A DNA stretch of 60,032 nt from a virus, in UHGV virus genome UHGV-0168673. The stretch is one strand, 5' to 3'. This document shows, one piece after another, positions 28,927 through 38,171 of this stretch. Under the pieces are notes generated by a model. The model worked only from the letters and a program-made list of their open reading frames with translations, searched no databases and was not told the DNA's origin. Position numbers and translations under genes: made by a program. Positions within the stretch are counted from its first letter, which is position 1, and every line of letters starts with the position of its first letter.

Positions 28927-31104
28927 TTAGGCCGCAAGGGCCTTCATAGTTTTAGCGATTTGGGAAACTTCATCATCACTCAAAGAGTTACGATAACCGA
29001 TGAAGTCGGAAACAATACGGAATTTCTTGGTAAACTCAGCAACCATTTTATCACTATTTTTTGAAGCATTACGTGATAATTCATCAAAGAGATTAGTTAC
29101 TGTCCAGATATCATGACCGATGGTATCTTTTCCACCATTGAAATACACACCGCGTAATGAACTAACCATATTACCAAGTCGTGTATATTCTTCAGAAACT
29201 TCATCTGTACTGAAGTACTTCATCATAAAATCTAGTTCAGGATACTTGATAATTTTATCAATATATCGTTGAGCTGAACTTGAATAACCTACATACTTAT
29301 CATAATCTACATCATCAAAAGCATCTACATATAAATCACGCAAAGCTTCAAAAATACATTGGCACTGACCAAGTTCTTTTACCTTTTTCTGCAAAAGCGG
29401 ACGAATAACATAAAATTCATTAATGCCAATAAGATTAGCCATACGAATCAAAATATTCATAGATGGATGACAAAGTGATGTAGTACCATCCATAGAGAAA
29501 ATATCAGAACGATGCATATACGCTACATAACCAGTAATTTCATCTGCTTCTGACGTAAGTGTAAATAATTCCTCTTTTTCCCAACGCCCATCTTTAATTT
29601 CAAACTTAAATGCTGTAGCAGCTTTAGGACGAGGAGCTTTACTTTTAACTACCTTTGGAATATAGCTTTTAACTAAAGCTTCAATTTCTGACAAATAATG
29701 AATGTTAACTTCATCACTTTCAAACATTGCCATAATATCAGGAAGCAAATCAATCTGCGATTCTACTTCCGGATTAATAAACAGAAGACGCTCATTGTGA
29801 TGAATATTTAAAGTGTTATTAAATTCACTATCATCTAGCGCATGTGCTAATCCACGGACAATATTAACACGATTTTTAATATTATCAATAACGATATTAA
29901 TTTTTGTTGCATTAATACCAAACAGACGATAACTTGATGCAACGGCTGAAGTTTCATGACTTTGCTTAATGCGCTTCAGTCGAGGGTCAAGATTTACTTC
30001 ATACACAACTCCTGCATTGCATAACTTACTATCAGGTTCAAACATGCTTTGCATCTTCTTATATGACAGATTTTTAGTCGTGAATTTGACCGAATTACTA
30101 ATCATATAATCTCGAGCAGAATATCCCATCTTCATCAATTCACGGTATGTATGACGAGGAGATGTAGATTCTTTAAATCGTTTTACATCTTCATTAAATG
30201 CCTTTTCACTAAGCTCTTTAACTCGTTCAATAATATTTTTACGAGTGCGATCATCTAATGAAAGAGCTTCACGTGATGGAGCAATATCAAGTGAACCCAT
30301 TGGAAATTTAATGTAATTCACTTCATTGCGAATGCTTAGCCAGTTACGGTCTCTAATAACACCATCGATAGGATAAACAATACCGCCATAGATAGCATAT
30401 AATCCACCGCGATCAGGCCAGTATCTTTCTGGATTTACGCCATAATAATCATCAAAATCCGGAAAATAATCAATTTCGCGGTCAAGACCATTAATGATAG
30501 CCAAATCTTTGAACGGTCGCATGATATAAGAAACTTCATAAGCAAAGTTTCTAAAGTCTTTTTCTTCAACTGGAACTACGATTTCAATACCAGTTTTATC
30601 ATCTGGACCCATTTCTTTCACGAATGTAGGTTTAATTTGTGGACCATCACCATCCATGTAAGCTACATAACCACGAATTTCACCTTTATGATACGAAGTA
30701 ATACTAAACGTATCAGTATAACTAAACGGAGATTTAGAACCTAAACCAAATCCGCCAATGAAATCGTTAGATTCAGCTTTAGATGAACTGAAGTATGAAT
30801 TATACAGCCCAGGAGAATTATCATCACCCTGAATATCAAAATCACTCATACCCGGACCAAAATCTCGGCAAACAAATCGTGGATCTAATCGTCCTGGAAC
30901 TTGAATGATAAATTTTTCAGGATTTCCATTAAGTGCATGAGCATCAATCATGTTAGTAATCAATTCACGGACTACTGCGCGAATTTTGTTTGTATACAAA
31001 TCAGATGACAGAATTTTAAATACTTTAGGAGATGCTGTGATGCTAAATGCTTTTGATTTAGAACCATTACCAAGAATTGTTTCTTTTTCAGTGGTGATAA
31101 TCAT
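28927..31104 (-). CDS. rIIA: rIIA protein
   Basis: 725-aa [34 protein letters not shown].. matches T4 rIIA, same length. Confidence 0.95.
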   Translation of the reverse strand: MIITTEKETILGNGSKSKAFSITASPKVFKILSSDLYTNKIRAVVRELITNMIDAHALNGNPEKFIIQVPGRLDPRFVCRDFGPGMSDFDIQGDDNSPGLYNSYFSSSKAESNDFIGGFGLGSKSPFSYTDTFSITSYHKGEIRGYVAYMDGDGPQIKPTFVKEMGPDDKTGIEIVVPVEEKDFRNFAYEVSYIMRPFKDLAIINGLDREIDYFPDFDDYYGVNPERYWPDRGGLYAIYGGIVYPIDGVIRDRNWLSIRNEVNYIKFPMGSLDIAPSREALSLDDRTRKNIIERVKELSEKAFNEDVKRFKESTSPRHTYRELMKMGYSARDYMISNSVKFTTKNLSYKKMQSMFEPDSKLCNAGVVYEVNLDPRLKRIKQSHETSAVASSYRLFGINATKINIVIDNIKNRVNIVRGLAHALDDSEFNNTLNIHHNERLLFINPEVESQIDLLPDIMAMFESDEVNIHYLSEIEALVKSYIPKVVKSKAPRPKAATAFKFEIKDGRWEKEELFTLTSEADEITGYVAYMHRSDIFSMDGTTSLCHPSMNILIRMANLIGINEFYVIRPLLQKKVKELGQCQCIFEALRDLYVDAFDDVDYDKYVGYSSSAQRYIDKIIKYPELDFMMKYFSTDEVSEEYTRLGNMVSSLRGVYFNGGKDTIGHDIWTVTNLFDELSRNASKNSDKMVAEFTKKFRIVSDFIGYRNSLSDDEVSQIAKTMKALAA

Positions 31105-31114
31105 AATTTCCTCA

Positions 31115-31318
31115 TTAATTCATATTACGCTTAATAACTTCAGCAACTTCTAGTAGTTCATCTTTAGTTGCAGTGTCGGATTGAATTTTATCTCTAATAT
31201 CTTTAAAGCGGTTTTTAAATTCTTCGGCTTCTCCCATATCGAAAAAGCGTTGAATGATTCTATATTCTCGATGAACTGCTTTATCAAAAAGTTCTAAATT
31301 TACTTTATATGATTTCAT
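31115..31318 (-). CDS. Hypothetical protein (rIIA.1 position)
   Basis: 67-aa track ORF. Confidence 0.6.
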   Translation of the reverse strand: MKSYKVNLELFDKAVHREYRIIQRFFDMGEAEEFKNRFKDIRDKIQSDTATKDELLEVAEVIKRNMN

Positions 31319-31372
31319 TCCAATATCCTCATTTGCCCAATTAATTATACCACATCCTTGTGGTAAAGTAAA

Positions 31373-33190
31373 CTACTGGCTCATCCATTCTTTGCGAAGG
31401 TCAGCATTATCTCCCATGAGCATTTCAAAAAGCTCTTTCCAGTTCTCAGGAAGTTTAACAACATCATATACTGGGTTTTGAATCATCTCACGATATTCAG
31501 ATTTTTCCAAAGAGCCAAGTCCTTTAATATAACGGATGCTATGTTTAGGTAGAGCATCTTTGGCACTCTCATATTCAGCGACTGTATAAAACCATTCTTG
31601 TTTTTTACCGACCTGAGCGATGATTACAGGAGTTTTGACAAAGCGAATTCGTCCTTGCTCAAACAATTCTGGCCAATTACTAAAAAATCCGAGCAGAGAA
31701 GGATAAATGCTTCCTAGACCATCATGGTCAGCATCAGTCATAATAGCAATATTATGATAATTCAAGTTTTCAGCTTTTTCACCAAGAACTAGACCAGTGA
31801 TTGCGCAAATATCAAATAGTTCTTTGTTTTTAAGCATATCGGCATATGACATACCCCAGCTATTAAGAACTTTACCGCGCAATGGATAACCACCATGAAG
31901 TTCTTTATCGCGAACATCAATAAGATATCCGATAGCTGAATCACCCTCAGTCAAGAACAATGTAGTGTCAGCATCTTTACCGCAAAGATTCGCTTTAATA
32001 TGTTTATGAACCTTAGCTTTAGAAGCCTTTTTAGCTGCTTTAGTTTCTGCTGCTTTTTCTGCCGCCAATTTACGAGCCAAAGCAGCTTCAATAATCGGCA
32101 TCAGAATTGCTTCATTATTTAGAATAGCGCGTGAAATCTTTTTAGCGTCAAGTTGAATATGACTACGAATTTCGCCAAATGGAGAAGTCAAACGCTCTTT
32201 AGTTTGAGAATCAAATCGCATGTTTTTCATATCACGAACAAACATAACGATAGTCAAACATTCTTTAACGCGTGCTTTAGTTACATCAATTTTGAACTTA
32301 CGTTTGATTTGTGGAATAAGGTCTTCACAAATATCATCCATAACACAGTCAATGTGATGGCCACCATTCTTAGTATGAATGTTATTGACGTATGTTAATT
32401 GACGAAAACCATCCGGTGAACGACCAACCGCAATAGAACAATTTTCTTGTTCTTGAACAATAGCATGCTCATCATATTGGCGTGCATATTTCTTAAAATT
32501 ACCCTGAACCTTTTTACCATTAAAGGTAAATTGAATATCAGGATAAACAACAGCAAGTGTCTGGAGACGATCTAATGTAATGTCAAGATAAACTTGGGAC
32601 AGCTCATTAGTTTCAAATGACATAAAATCAGGAATGAAAGTAACACGGGTTCCTTTCCATTTTCCAGGAATATCTTCCCATGATTTATTTTCCATGCCGT
32701 TTGAACAACGAACTACAATATTATTTTGACCGTCGCCAGTTTCACCAACAAACATCACAGAAAAAATGTTTGTCAAACTAGAACCAACACCATTCATACC
32801 GCCGGTGACGCGTTCTTTATCATCACCGAAGTTACCTCCTGCTTTTGGAATAGTCCACGCAGCAACAGGACCAGGAATTTCTTCACCGGTAGGTGTTTTA
32901 ACCATCGCTTGTGGAATACCGCGACCGTTATCTTCAACTGTTACTTGATTGTTTTTAATAGTAACATTAATTTTATTTGCGAATTTAAACTTAGTACGAA
33001 TACCTTCATCTACTGAGTTATCGATAATTTCATCAATAAGCTTAACAAGACCAGGTACATACTGAACACTTTCCCATTTACCAAACAGAAAGCGCTCATG
33101 CATTTCATTAGCAGAAGAGCCAATGTACATGCCGCTACGCTTTTTGATATGTTCAATATCGCTCAGAATTTTAATTTCATTCTTAATCAT
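31373..33190 (-). CDS. 39: DNA topoisomerase II large subunit gp39, uninterrupted (T4 gene 39 + gene 60 equivalents in one ORF)
   Basis: Track ORF starts at GTG 33193; from the ATG: MIKNEIKILSDIEHIKKRSGMYIGSS..(GyrB-like ATPase) continuing through ..NIAIMTDADHDGLGSIYPSLLGFF..KEWMSQ (T4 gp60 segment); 605 aa. Confidence 0.9.
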   Translation of the reverse strand: MIKNEIKILSDIEHIKKRSGMYIGSSANEMHERFLFGKWESVQYVPGLVKLIDEIIDNSVDEGIRTKFKFANKINVTIKNNQVTVEDNGRGIPQAMVKTPTGEEIPGPVAAWTIPKAGGNFGDDKERVTGGMNGVGSSLTNIFSVMFVGETGDGQNNIVVRCSNGMENKSWEDIPGKWKGTRVTFIPDFMSFETNELSQVYLDITLDRLQTLAVVYPDIQFTFNGKKVQGNFKKYARQYDEHAIVQEQENCSIAVGRSPDGFRQLTYVNNIHTKNGGHHIDCVMDDICEDLIPQIKRKFKIDVTKARVKECLTIVMFVRDMKNMRFDSQTKERLTSPFGEIRSHIQLDAKKISRAILNNEAILMPIIEAALARKLAAEKAAETKAAKKASKAKVHKHIKANLCGKDADTTLFLTEGDSAIGYLIDVRDKELHGGYPLRGKVLNSWGMSYADMLKNKELFDICAITGLVLGEKAENLNYHNIAIMTDADHDGLGSIYPSLLGFFSNWPELFEQGRIRFVKTPVIIAQVGKKQEWFYTVAEYESAKDALPKHSIRYIKGLGSLEKSEYREMIQNPVYDVVKLPENWKELFEMLMGDNADLRKEWMSQ

Positions 33191-33217
33191 CACTTATCCT
33201 CGTTTGGTTTCGGGAAT

Positions 33218-33245
33218 ATTATACTCCGGCAATCATAAAGCTAAA
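33218..33245 (-). promoter_or_regulatory. Candidate MotA-dependent middle promoter for gene 39
   Basis: Minus strand tttAGCTTTA (one mismatch to MotA box TGCTTtA), 12 nt, TATAAT. Confidence 0.35.
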
Positions 33246-33260
33246 GGCCCGAAGGCCTTT
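33243..33260 (-). other. C(UUCG)G hairpin / possible terminator upstream of gene 39
   Basis: Minus strand AAAGGCC-UUCG-GGCCUUU. Confidence 0.5.
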
Positions 33261-33529
33261 TATTTAAAACGAATAGTTGAATCCTTAAAGAACAGCCCAG
33301 AACATATTGTTCCTTCTACTTTCTGCCCAGTAGGTCCAATAGCACGAAATCCAGTATGTTGGAAATCATTTTCAGAACAACCAAACCAATTATATCCAGT
33401 GATTTCAATATTAGTAAAACCACTTGAAGATAAAATTTTAGTTGCATTATCAGCATCAGTGCATCCTACTAAAGATACTGCTAATACTAATGCTGCAATA
33501 GAACGATTAATATATTTCATAATTTTCAC
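33260..33529 (-). CDS. Hypothetical lipoprotein-like protein (39.1 position)
   Basis: 89-aa track ORF; N-terminal signal peptide ending LVGC (lipobox-like). Confidence 0.5.
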   Translation of the reverse strand: MKIMKYINRSIAALVLAVSLVGCTDADNATKILSSSGFTNIEITGYNWFGCSENDFQHTGFRAIGPTGQKVEGTICSGLFFKDSTIRFK

Positions 33530-33897
33530 TTAAATTTAATAGCTTGAAGGAGACTAATAATTCTTAAACGGCTTCTTTCATCTTTAACTGTAAAAGAAAG
33601 AGGGTCACCAGATTTCATAGTAATAGTACATTCAAAATCAAAATCTTCGGAAACTTCTTTGAAGAAGTCAAATTCTTCATCATAAATTAGAACATTACTC
33701 TGAAAACTGTGAAGAATTTTTCCATCATTTCCGGATGCTGTACTAATCATTGTAACATTATGACCTTTCATATCTTCAACGATAAATTCGCTTGTAGATA
33801 TTACAGCATTAATAGAACCATTCCTATAAATAGCAGACATTAGATATTTCTTTTCTTCGCCTTCGCGAATACGATATTTCTTACCGATTTTAAACAT
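33526..33897 (-). CDS. Hypothetical protein (39.2 position)
   Basis: Track ORF starts at GTG 33903; first ATG at 33897 (MFKIGKKY..). Confidence 0.5.
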   Translation of the reverse strand: MFKIGKKYRIREGEEKKYLMSAIYRNGSINAVISTSEFIVEDMKGHNVTMISTASGNDGKILHSFQSNVLIYDEEFDFFKEVSEDFDFECTITMKSGDPLSFTVKDERSRLRIISLLQAIKFK

Positions 33898-33899
33898 AA

Positions 33900-34076
33900 T
33901 CACCCTTTAAGTAAATCGTAAAAACCACCATTCACATGCTTAGGAGCAGAAGGCCGACGAGTAGACAAACGATGACATTTAGGGCAAACATCATTTTCTC
34001 GTTCAGAAATCTTTTTAATTTTTTCATATTCATGCCCGCAATCTTCGGATTGGCATTTATAATCATACATTGGCAT
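33900..34076 (-). CDS. Small zinc-ribbon-like protein (58 aa), not in ORF track
   Basis: MPMYDYKCQSEDCGHEYEKIKKISERENDVCPKCHRLSTRRPSAPKHVNGGFYDLLKG; Cys pairs C8/C13 and C31/C34; AAGGA SD; wedged between flanking genes with 2-nt gaps. Confidence 0.5.
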   Translation of the reverse strand: MPMYDYKCQSEDCGHEYEKIKKISERENDVCPKCHRLSTRRPSAPKHVNGGFYDLLKG

Positions 34077-34078
34077 AA

Positions 34079-34504
34079 TTATTCCTTAAAATGTGCTTTC
34101 AACATCTGATACAAGGACCATGCATGTTCATTATTTTCAATAGTAACTTTCATGACCGGGAATTCTGTGAAATCTTCTATTTGTTCTTGCTCTTTCTCTT
34201 CCTGCTCTTGCTCTTCGGCTGCCTGGTATGGATTTTCCACTTCATCAAAGAACTCAGCTTCGCTCGCTGAAAGCCAGATAAAATCTTCATCCAAAATATC
34301 TTTACCAGAAGATAACGCCAATTTTCCACTAGATGTCACAAGTTTAGTAGGACGACCAAGATAGTCAATATCTGTAACTCTAAAAGGTTCCATACCTAAA
34401 CGTCGTGCATAAATTCCGTTTTCAGTATGATATTTAATAAATTTTTCTTGAGCTTGTTTATTTTTAAATTGATACCATTTATTAACTTCAAATCTAATAG
34501 CCAT
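34079..34504 (-). CDS. Hypothetical acidic protein, 141 aa (position and size of T4 goF/comC-alpha; sequence not recognised)
   Basis: Track ORF; Glu-rich segment [12 protein letters not shown]. Confidence 0.5.
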   Translation of the reverse strand: MAIRFEVNKWYQFKNKQAQEKFIKYHTENGIYARRLGMEPFRVTDIDYLGRPTKLVTSSGKLALSSGKDILDEDFIWLSASEAEFFDEVENPYQAAEEQEQEEKEQEQIEDFTEFPVMKVTIENNEHAWSLYQMLKAHFKE

Positions 34505-34719
34505 TAATAAATTTCCTTCCAGTAAGTTGTACCGTCTTCAGTGATTTCACGGAATACACCATAAATCGGTTGTTTATCACCAACCTTTTCATACACATAA
34601 ACCGAAGTCAAGTGAGTAAACTTGATGGTGTGTTCCTTTTGAACTACTACCAAATCTGGATCGAATAATACATCTTCAAATTCGTCATTAGTGCAATTCT
34701 GAACAATTTTACGTTTCAT
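34504..34719 (-). CDS. Hypothetical protein, 71 aa (position and size of T4 cef; sequence not recognised)
   Basis: Track ORF; start overlaps upstream stop. Confidence 0.5.
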   Translation of the reverse strand: MKRKIVQNCTNDEFEDVLFDPDLVVVQKEHTIKFTHLTSVYVYEKVGDKQPIYGVFREITEDGTTYWKEIY

Positions 34720-34732
34720 TACAATTTCCTCA

Positions 34733-35014
34733 TTAATTAAACATTGGAGCGATACGTTTCAGAAGAGTAGCAGCACCTTTAGCGAATTTTACATCATGAA
34801 AAACAGTTTCTTCTTCTGTAACAACTCGAACTTTAATATTTTCACAATCCCAATTTTTACGAACAATCTTCAAAAGCTGCAGTAAATCTTTACATTCAGC
34901 AATATCGATAACACATCCACGAGAATCTTCCATTATCGCACGATAACCGTAAGCCATACCATAATCATTGAAAGATTGCTCGATGATAATTAAGTTTTCC
35001 ATTTTATTCTCCAA
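34733..35014 (-). CDS. Hypothetical protein
   Basis: 93-aa track ORF. Confidence 0.5.
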   Translation of the reverse strand: MENKMENLIIIEQSFNDYGMAYGYRAIMEDSRGCVIDIAECKDLLQLLKIVRKNWDCENIKVRVVTEEETVFHDVKFAKGAATLLKRIAPMFN

Positions 35015-35099
35015 GTTGTTTTCTGTATCAGTAGTTGATATTGATATAGTACCATAATCAACTACTGATGTATATAGTTTTATGAAAAAAATTTAAACT

Positions 35100-35591
35100 T
35101 TATGCATAGCGAGCTTTGCTGTAGTGTTTAATCCAACTTTCAGGAATGACTTTGTATGTTCCTAAAAATACCGCGTTGTACAGCTTAACACCGTCTTCTA
35201 CCCACTGATCGGTAATGTATGCGCACATAGCACGAGTACGGTTAACAACCCCTTCCTCACCTTCAGTAAATTCAAACTCATAAGGAGCAACGAACTTAAT
35301 AGCCTGACCGAGTTTCCACTTAAAGTCTACACCTACATGCGAAGTATCAATCGTTTCAATTCCTTTAGCAGGAACAGCTTTCAAAAACGCAGATTCAAGA
35401 AATTTCGCACGAACATAGCCAAACTGAGTTTTAGACTTTCCATCTTTAGGAATGATACGCACTTTTACTTCAGAATCTTCATCTTTAACACCGTGTTTAA
35501 GCTGAATGCTTACAACTTCGACCAATTTTCCTGCTGCTTTAGAACGGGATTTATCAGATACACGAGCAATTTCACCGATATTAATAATCAT
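35100..35591 (-). CDS. Hypothetical protein, 163 aa (position and size of T4 MotB); shares a C-terminal domain with the next ORF
   Basis: Track ORF; C-terminal ..ITDQWVEDGVKLYNAVFLGTYKVIPESWI. Confidence 0.5.
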   Translation of the reverse strand: MIINIGEIARVSDKSRSKAAGKLVEVVSIQLKHGVKDEDSEVKVRIIPKDGKSKTQFGYVRAKFLESAFLKAVPAKGIETIDTSHVGVDFKWKLGQAIKFVAPYEFEFTEGEEGVVNRTRAMCAYITDQWVEDGVKLYNAVFLGTYKVIPESWIKHYSKARYA

Positions 35592-35635
35592 AGTTATCTC
35601 TCACTTGTTAAAAAGATTTTATACTCCACGGGACC

Positions 35636-35665
35636 ATTATACTCTGGTCCCAAGAGTTTGTAAAC
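35636..35665 (-). promoter_or_regulatory. Early promoter (-35 GTTTAC / -10 TATAAT)
   Basis: GTTTACaaactcttgggaccagagTATAAT on minus strand; -10 sits between a 7-bp inverted repeat GGGACCA/TGGTCCC. Confidence 0.55.
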
Positions 35666-36168
35666 TAGCTTACACGAACATTAATCACTGCGCTACGAGG
35701 AACTACAGAGTATTCTCCAGCATGAACTACGTTCAGAAGTTCAACGCCATCTTCAATCCACTGGTCAGTTACCCAACCACCGACCGGATTCGCGAATGGA
35801 CGACGAATGTAAACCGCCTTACACAACAAATCAGTCGGGTCTTCAATTTTTTCAACTGGTGCCACATACATAGAAACTAAATCCATATCAATATGGAATT
35901 TTTCCTGTTCTTCTTTTTCAATTTCTGTCAATAGACTAAAATCTTTTTCATAAATAATAAGCGATGACACCATTCCATAATAGTTTCTAATTTCAATATA
36001 CATCATGCCGATAAGAATTCCGCTATTAACACTAATAACAGTAAAAGGATATCCGCCAGTTAAAGCAAGAAGTTCACAAAACTTATTATGAGATGTATTA
36101 GACAGTACCGGAAAATTCTTAATTTCATCAAATTTTTTCAATTGATAAACAGCATTATTTTTAATCAT
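35665..36168 (-). CDS. Hypothetical protein, paralogous C-terminal domain to ORF 35100..35591
   Basis: 167-aa track ORF; ..VTDQWIEDGVELLNVVHAGEYSVVPRSAV. Confidence 0.5.
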   Translation of the reverse strand: MIKNNAVYQLKKFDEIKNFPVLSNTSHNKFCELLALTGGYPFTVISVNSGILIGMMYIEIRNYYGMVSSLIIYEKDFSLLTEIEKEEQEKFHIDMDLVSMYVAPVEKIEDPTDLLCKAVYIRRPFANPVGGWVTDQWIEDGVELLNVVHAGEYSVVPRSAVINVRVS

Positions 36169-36178
36169 AATTTTCTCT

Positions 36179-36691
36179 TTAATCTAAGGTAATAAAGCCT
36201 TTTAATTCGGCATGCGATTTGCGGAACATTACTTGATGTCCGCCAATGATAACTTGGTCATCTGGCACTTCATAAATCGCAATGTACATTCCACGTTCTT
36301 TTAAGTCTTTACGCTCTTCTCGAGTGAACCATCTCATCATATCATATTCACTAGCGAAAGCAAAATGATATAATGCAATAAACCACAATGGAATATAATT
36401 TTCAATTCGTGAATAATCTTTATTCCATTTAGTTTTAATAACATCATTAGCATTTTCAACTAATAACTTATCATCGTGTGGAATAGGAATACTTTCATGG
36501 CTTTCATAATTATCGCTATGATGATGAAATGACGATGAATTAATACCGCAAAATTTTAGCCAAGTTCGAGTTTTCATAGAATCAAATCCACGATAAGGAG
36601 TTGATTGAACGCATAACTCTTGCCTAATTTTGACTATACCACTATCATCATTTAATGCGCTAAACGATGATTCAACACGATAAATTTTCAT
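36179..36691 (-). CDS. Hypothetical protein
   Basis: Track ORF 36179..36730; first SD-preceded ATG at 36691 (MKIYRVESSF..); the early promoter at 36719..36748 lies inside the track extension. Confidence 0.5.
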   Translation of the reverse strand: MKIYRVESSFSALNDDSGIVKIRQELCVQSTPYRGFDSMKTRTWLKFCGINSSSFHHHSDNYESHESIPIPHDDKLLVENANDVIKTKWNKDYSRIENYIPLWFIALYHFAFASEYDMMRWFTREERKDLKERGMYIAIYEVPDDQVIIGGHQVMFRKSHAELKGFITLD

Positions 36692-36718
36692 TTTATTATC
36701 CTCAGTAGCTATGGTGTT

Positions 36719-36748
36719 ATAGTACCACAACTAACCGAGGAAGTAAAC
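36719..36748 (-). promoter_or_regulatory. Early promoter (-35 GTTTAC / -10 TGgTACTAT)
   Basis: GTTTACttcctcggttagttgTGGTACTATAA on minus strand. Confidence 0.5.
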
Positions 36749-36754
36749 AACTTT

Positions 36755-37438
36755 TTATCGTTTTGTTGGAAGAGATAGAGGATCGCATTCTTCCTCTGAT
36801 GGAGCATCTTCAAGACCCATAGCGTATCGCAAAGCATACTTCATCATCAGGATGTCTTTCGCACAGTCATGAATAGAATCATGTGCAACGAATCCATCTA
36901 AAGTTCCTTTTGGAAGAGGACACGTGGTCATATCACGAACAAGCAGAAGTGCTTCAATTCTGGTACGAATATCACGCTGATTCCAGAATTTACATGGTTC
37001 TAACTTAAATGTATCAAGCTCATTCTCGGAAACGCCATTAAGACGTTGAATATCGCGAATGAGATCGACTAAAATTGGAAAATCAAACGACATTCCACGG
37101 CACCAGCCTTGAGATTTCCAAGGATCGATATTATGTGCATTGATGTAATCGTTGAATTTTGCAATACCATCAATGGTGCTTACATCTTCATCGGATGGTG
37201 CAATATTTTTTCGAGCTTCAGGAGACTGATTTTTCCACCATTCGATAGTGCTTTTAGTAAAAAGACGATGTCCTTTTTGGCTTTTTAAATCAAATTTGAT
37301 TTTAATGCCACGTGAAACTAGTTCATCGAATGATTCAACTACTTCTGGGTTAGGGTCAAAAGCAATTACAGCCAAATCAATAACAGCTGCTTTTTCACCG
37401 CTTCCCATTGTTTCAAAATCTATAATAAAATCAAACAT
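36755..37438 (-). CDS. dexA: Exonuclease A (DEDDh 3'-5' exonuclease)
   Basis: 227-aa ORF MFDFIIDFETMGSGEKAAVIDLAVIAFDPNPEV.. matches T4 DexA. Confidence 0.9.
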   Translation of the reverse strand: MFDFIIDFETMGSGEKAAVIDLAVIAFDPNPEVVESFDELVSRGIKIKFDLKSQKGHRLFTKSTIEWWKNQSPEARKNIAPSDEDVSTIDGIAKFNDYINAHNIDPWKSQGWCRGMSFDFPILVDLIRDIQRLNGVSENELDTFKLEPCKFWNQRDIRTRIEALLLVRDMTTCPLPKGTLDGFVAHDSIHDCAKDILMMKYALRYAMGLEDAPSEEECDPLSLPTKR

Positions 37439-37695
37439 TAAATTTTCCTCGCTAAATCACGAATTTGGCCTACAGTATAGTCTTGAATATAAACTTTATT
37501 AATAGGCTCATCAATAAATTTTGCCATAGATTCAATATCTTTTTGTATCTCTTCAAGACTGTATACTATCTTTAAAGCTTTTTCGCGAATAGTAACATTA
37601 TCAGGTCCTGAATTTTCTTGAATGACAGCTTTAACATTTGCCATAAGAGATTTAAACTGGTACCAACTCAACTCAATCATTAATAATCGCCTCAT
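37438..37695 (-). CDS. Hypothetical protein (dexA.1 position); paralogue of the next ORF
   Basis: 85-aa track ORF; LEEIQKDIESMAKF..YIQDYTVGQIRDL. Confidence 0.5.
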   Translation of the reverse strand: MRRLLMIELSWYQFKSLMANVKAVIQENSGPDNVTIREKALKIVYSLEEIQKDIESMAKFIDEPINKVYIQDYTVGQIRDLARKI

Positions 37696-37933
37696 AAAGA
37701 TAGCTAATTTCGCCTAAAACATAATCACTGATTGTGACAGTTTTCACTTCACCACAAAAGAATTCTAACGCAATTAAATCTCGTTCAATTTCTTCTAATT
37801 GAAGCATCAACTTACTAGATTCAATTTTTACAGTTTCACGATTTTTACCATGAGCAATTTCATAAATTTCGCTAACTTTATCCTGAAGAAGATAAAACTG
37901 ATCTTTAGTTATTTCCACGAATAGCTTCCTCAA
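37673..37933 (-). CDS. Hypothetical protein (dexA.2 position); paralogue of the previous ORF
   Basis: 86-aa track ORF; LEEIERDLIALEFF..TISDYVLGEISYL. Confidence 0.5.
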   Translation of the reverse strand: MRKLFVEITKDQFYLLQDKVSEIYEIAHGKNRETVKIESSKLMLQLEEIERDLIALEFFCGEVKTVTISDYVLGEISYLYEAIIND

Positions 37934-38165
37934 ATTTAATTAGTAATTTACAGACACTTTCATCTAGTGTAATTACCGTATCTGTATTACTGTGATATGA
38001 TTGTTTTTCAATTCGTTTAATTGCTAATATAGTATCACTTATAAGATAAAGCTTATGAAGGAGCTCAGCTCCTGTTACCATAACATCGAGATTATCTTGC
38101 TTATTAGTATGCTTCCTTATACCATCTATTAGACGATTTAAATATTTTGAATTGATGTTAATCAT
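37905..38165 (-). CDS. Hypothetical protein
   Basis: 86-aa track ORF. Confidence 0.5.
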   Translation of the reverse strand: MININSKYLNRLIDGIRKHTNKQDNLDVMVTGAELLHKLYLISDTILAIKRIEKQSYHSNTDTVITLDESVCKLLIKFEEAIRGNN

Positions 38166-38171
38166 ATAGCC

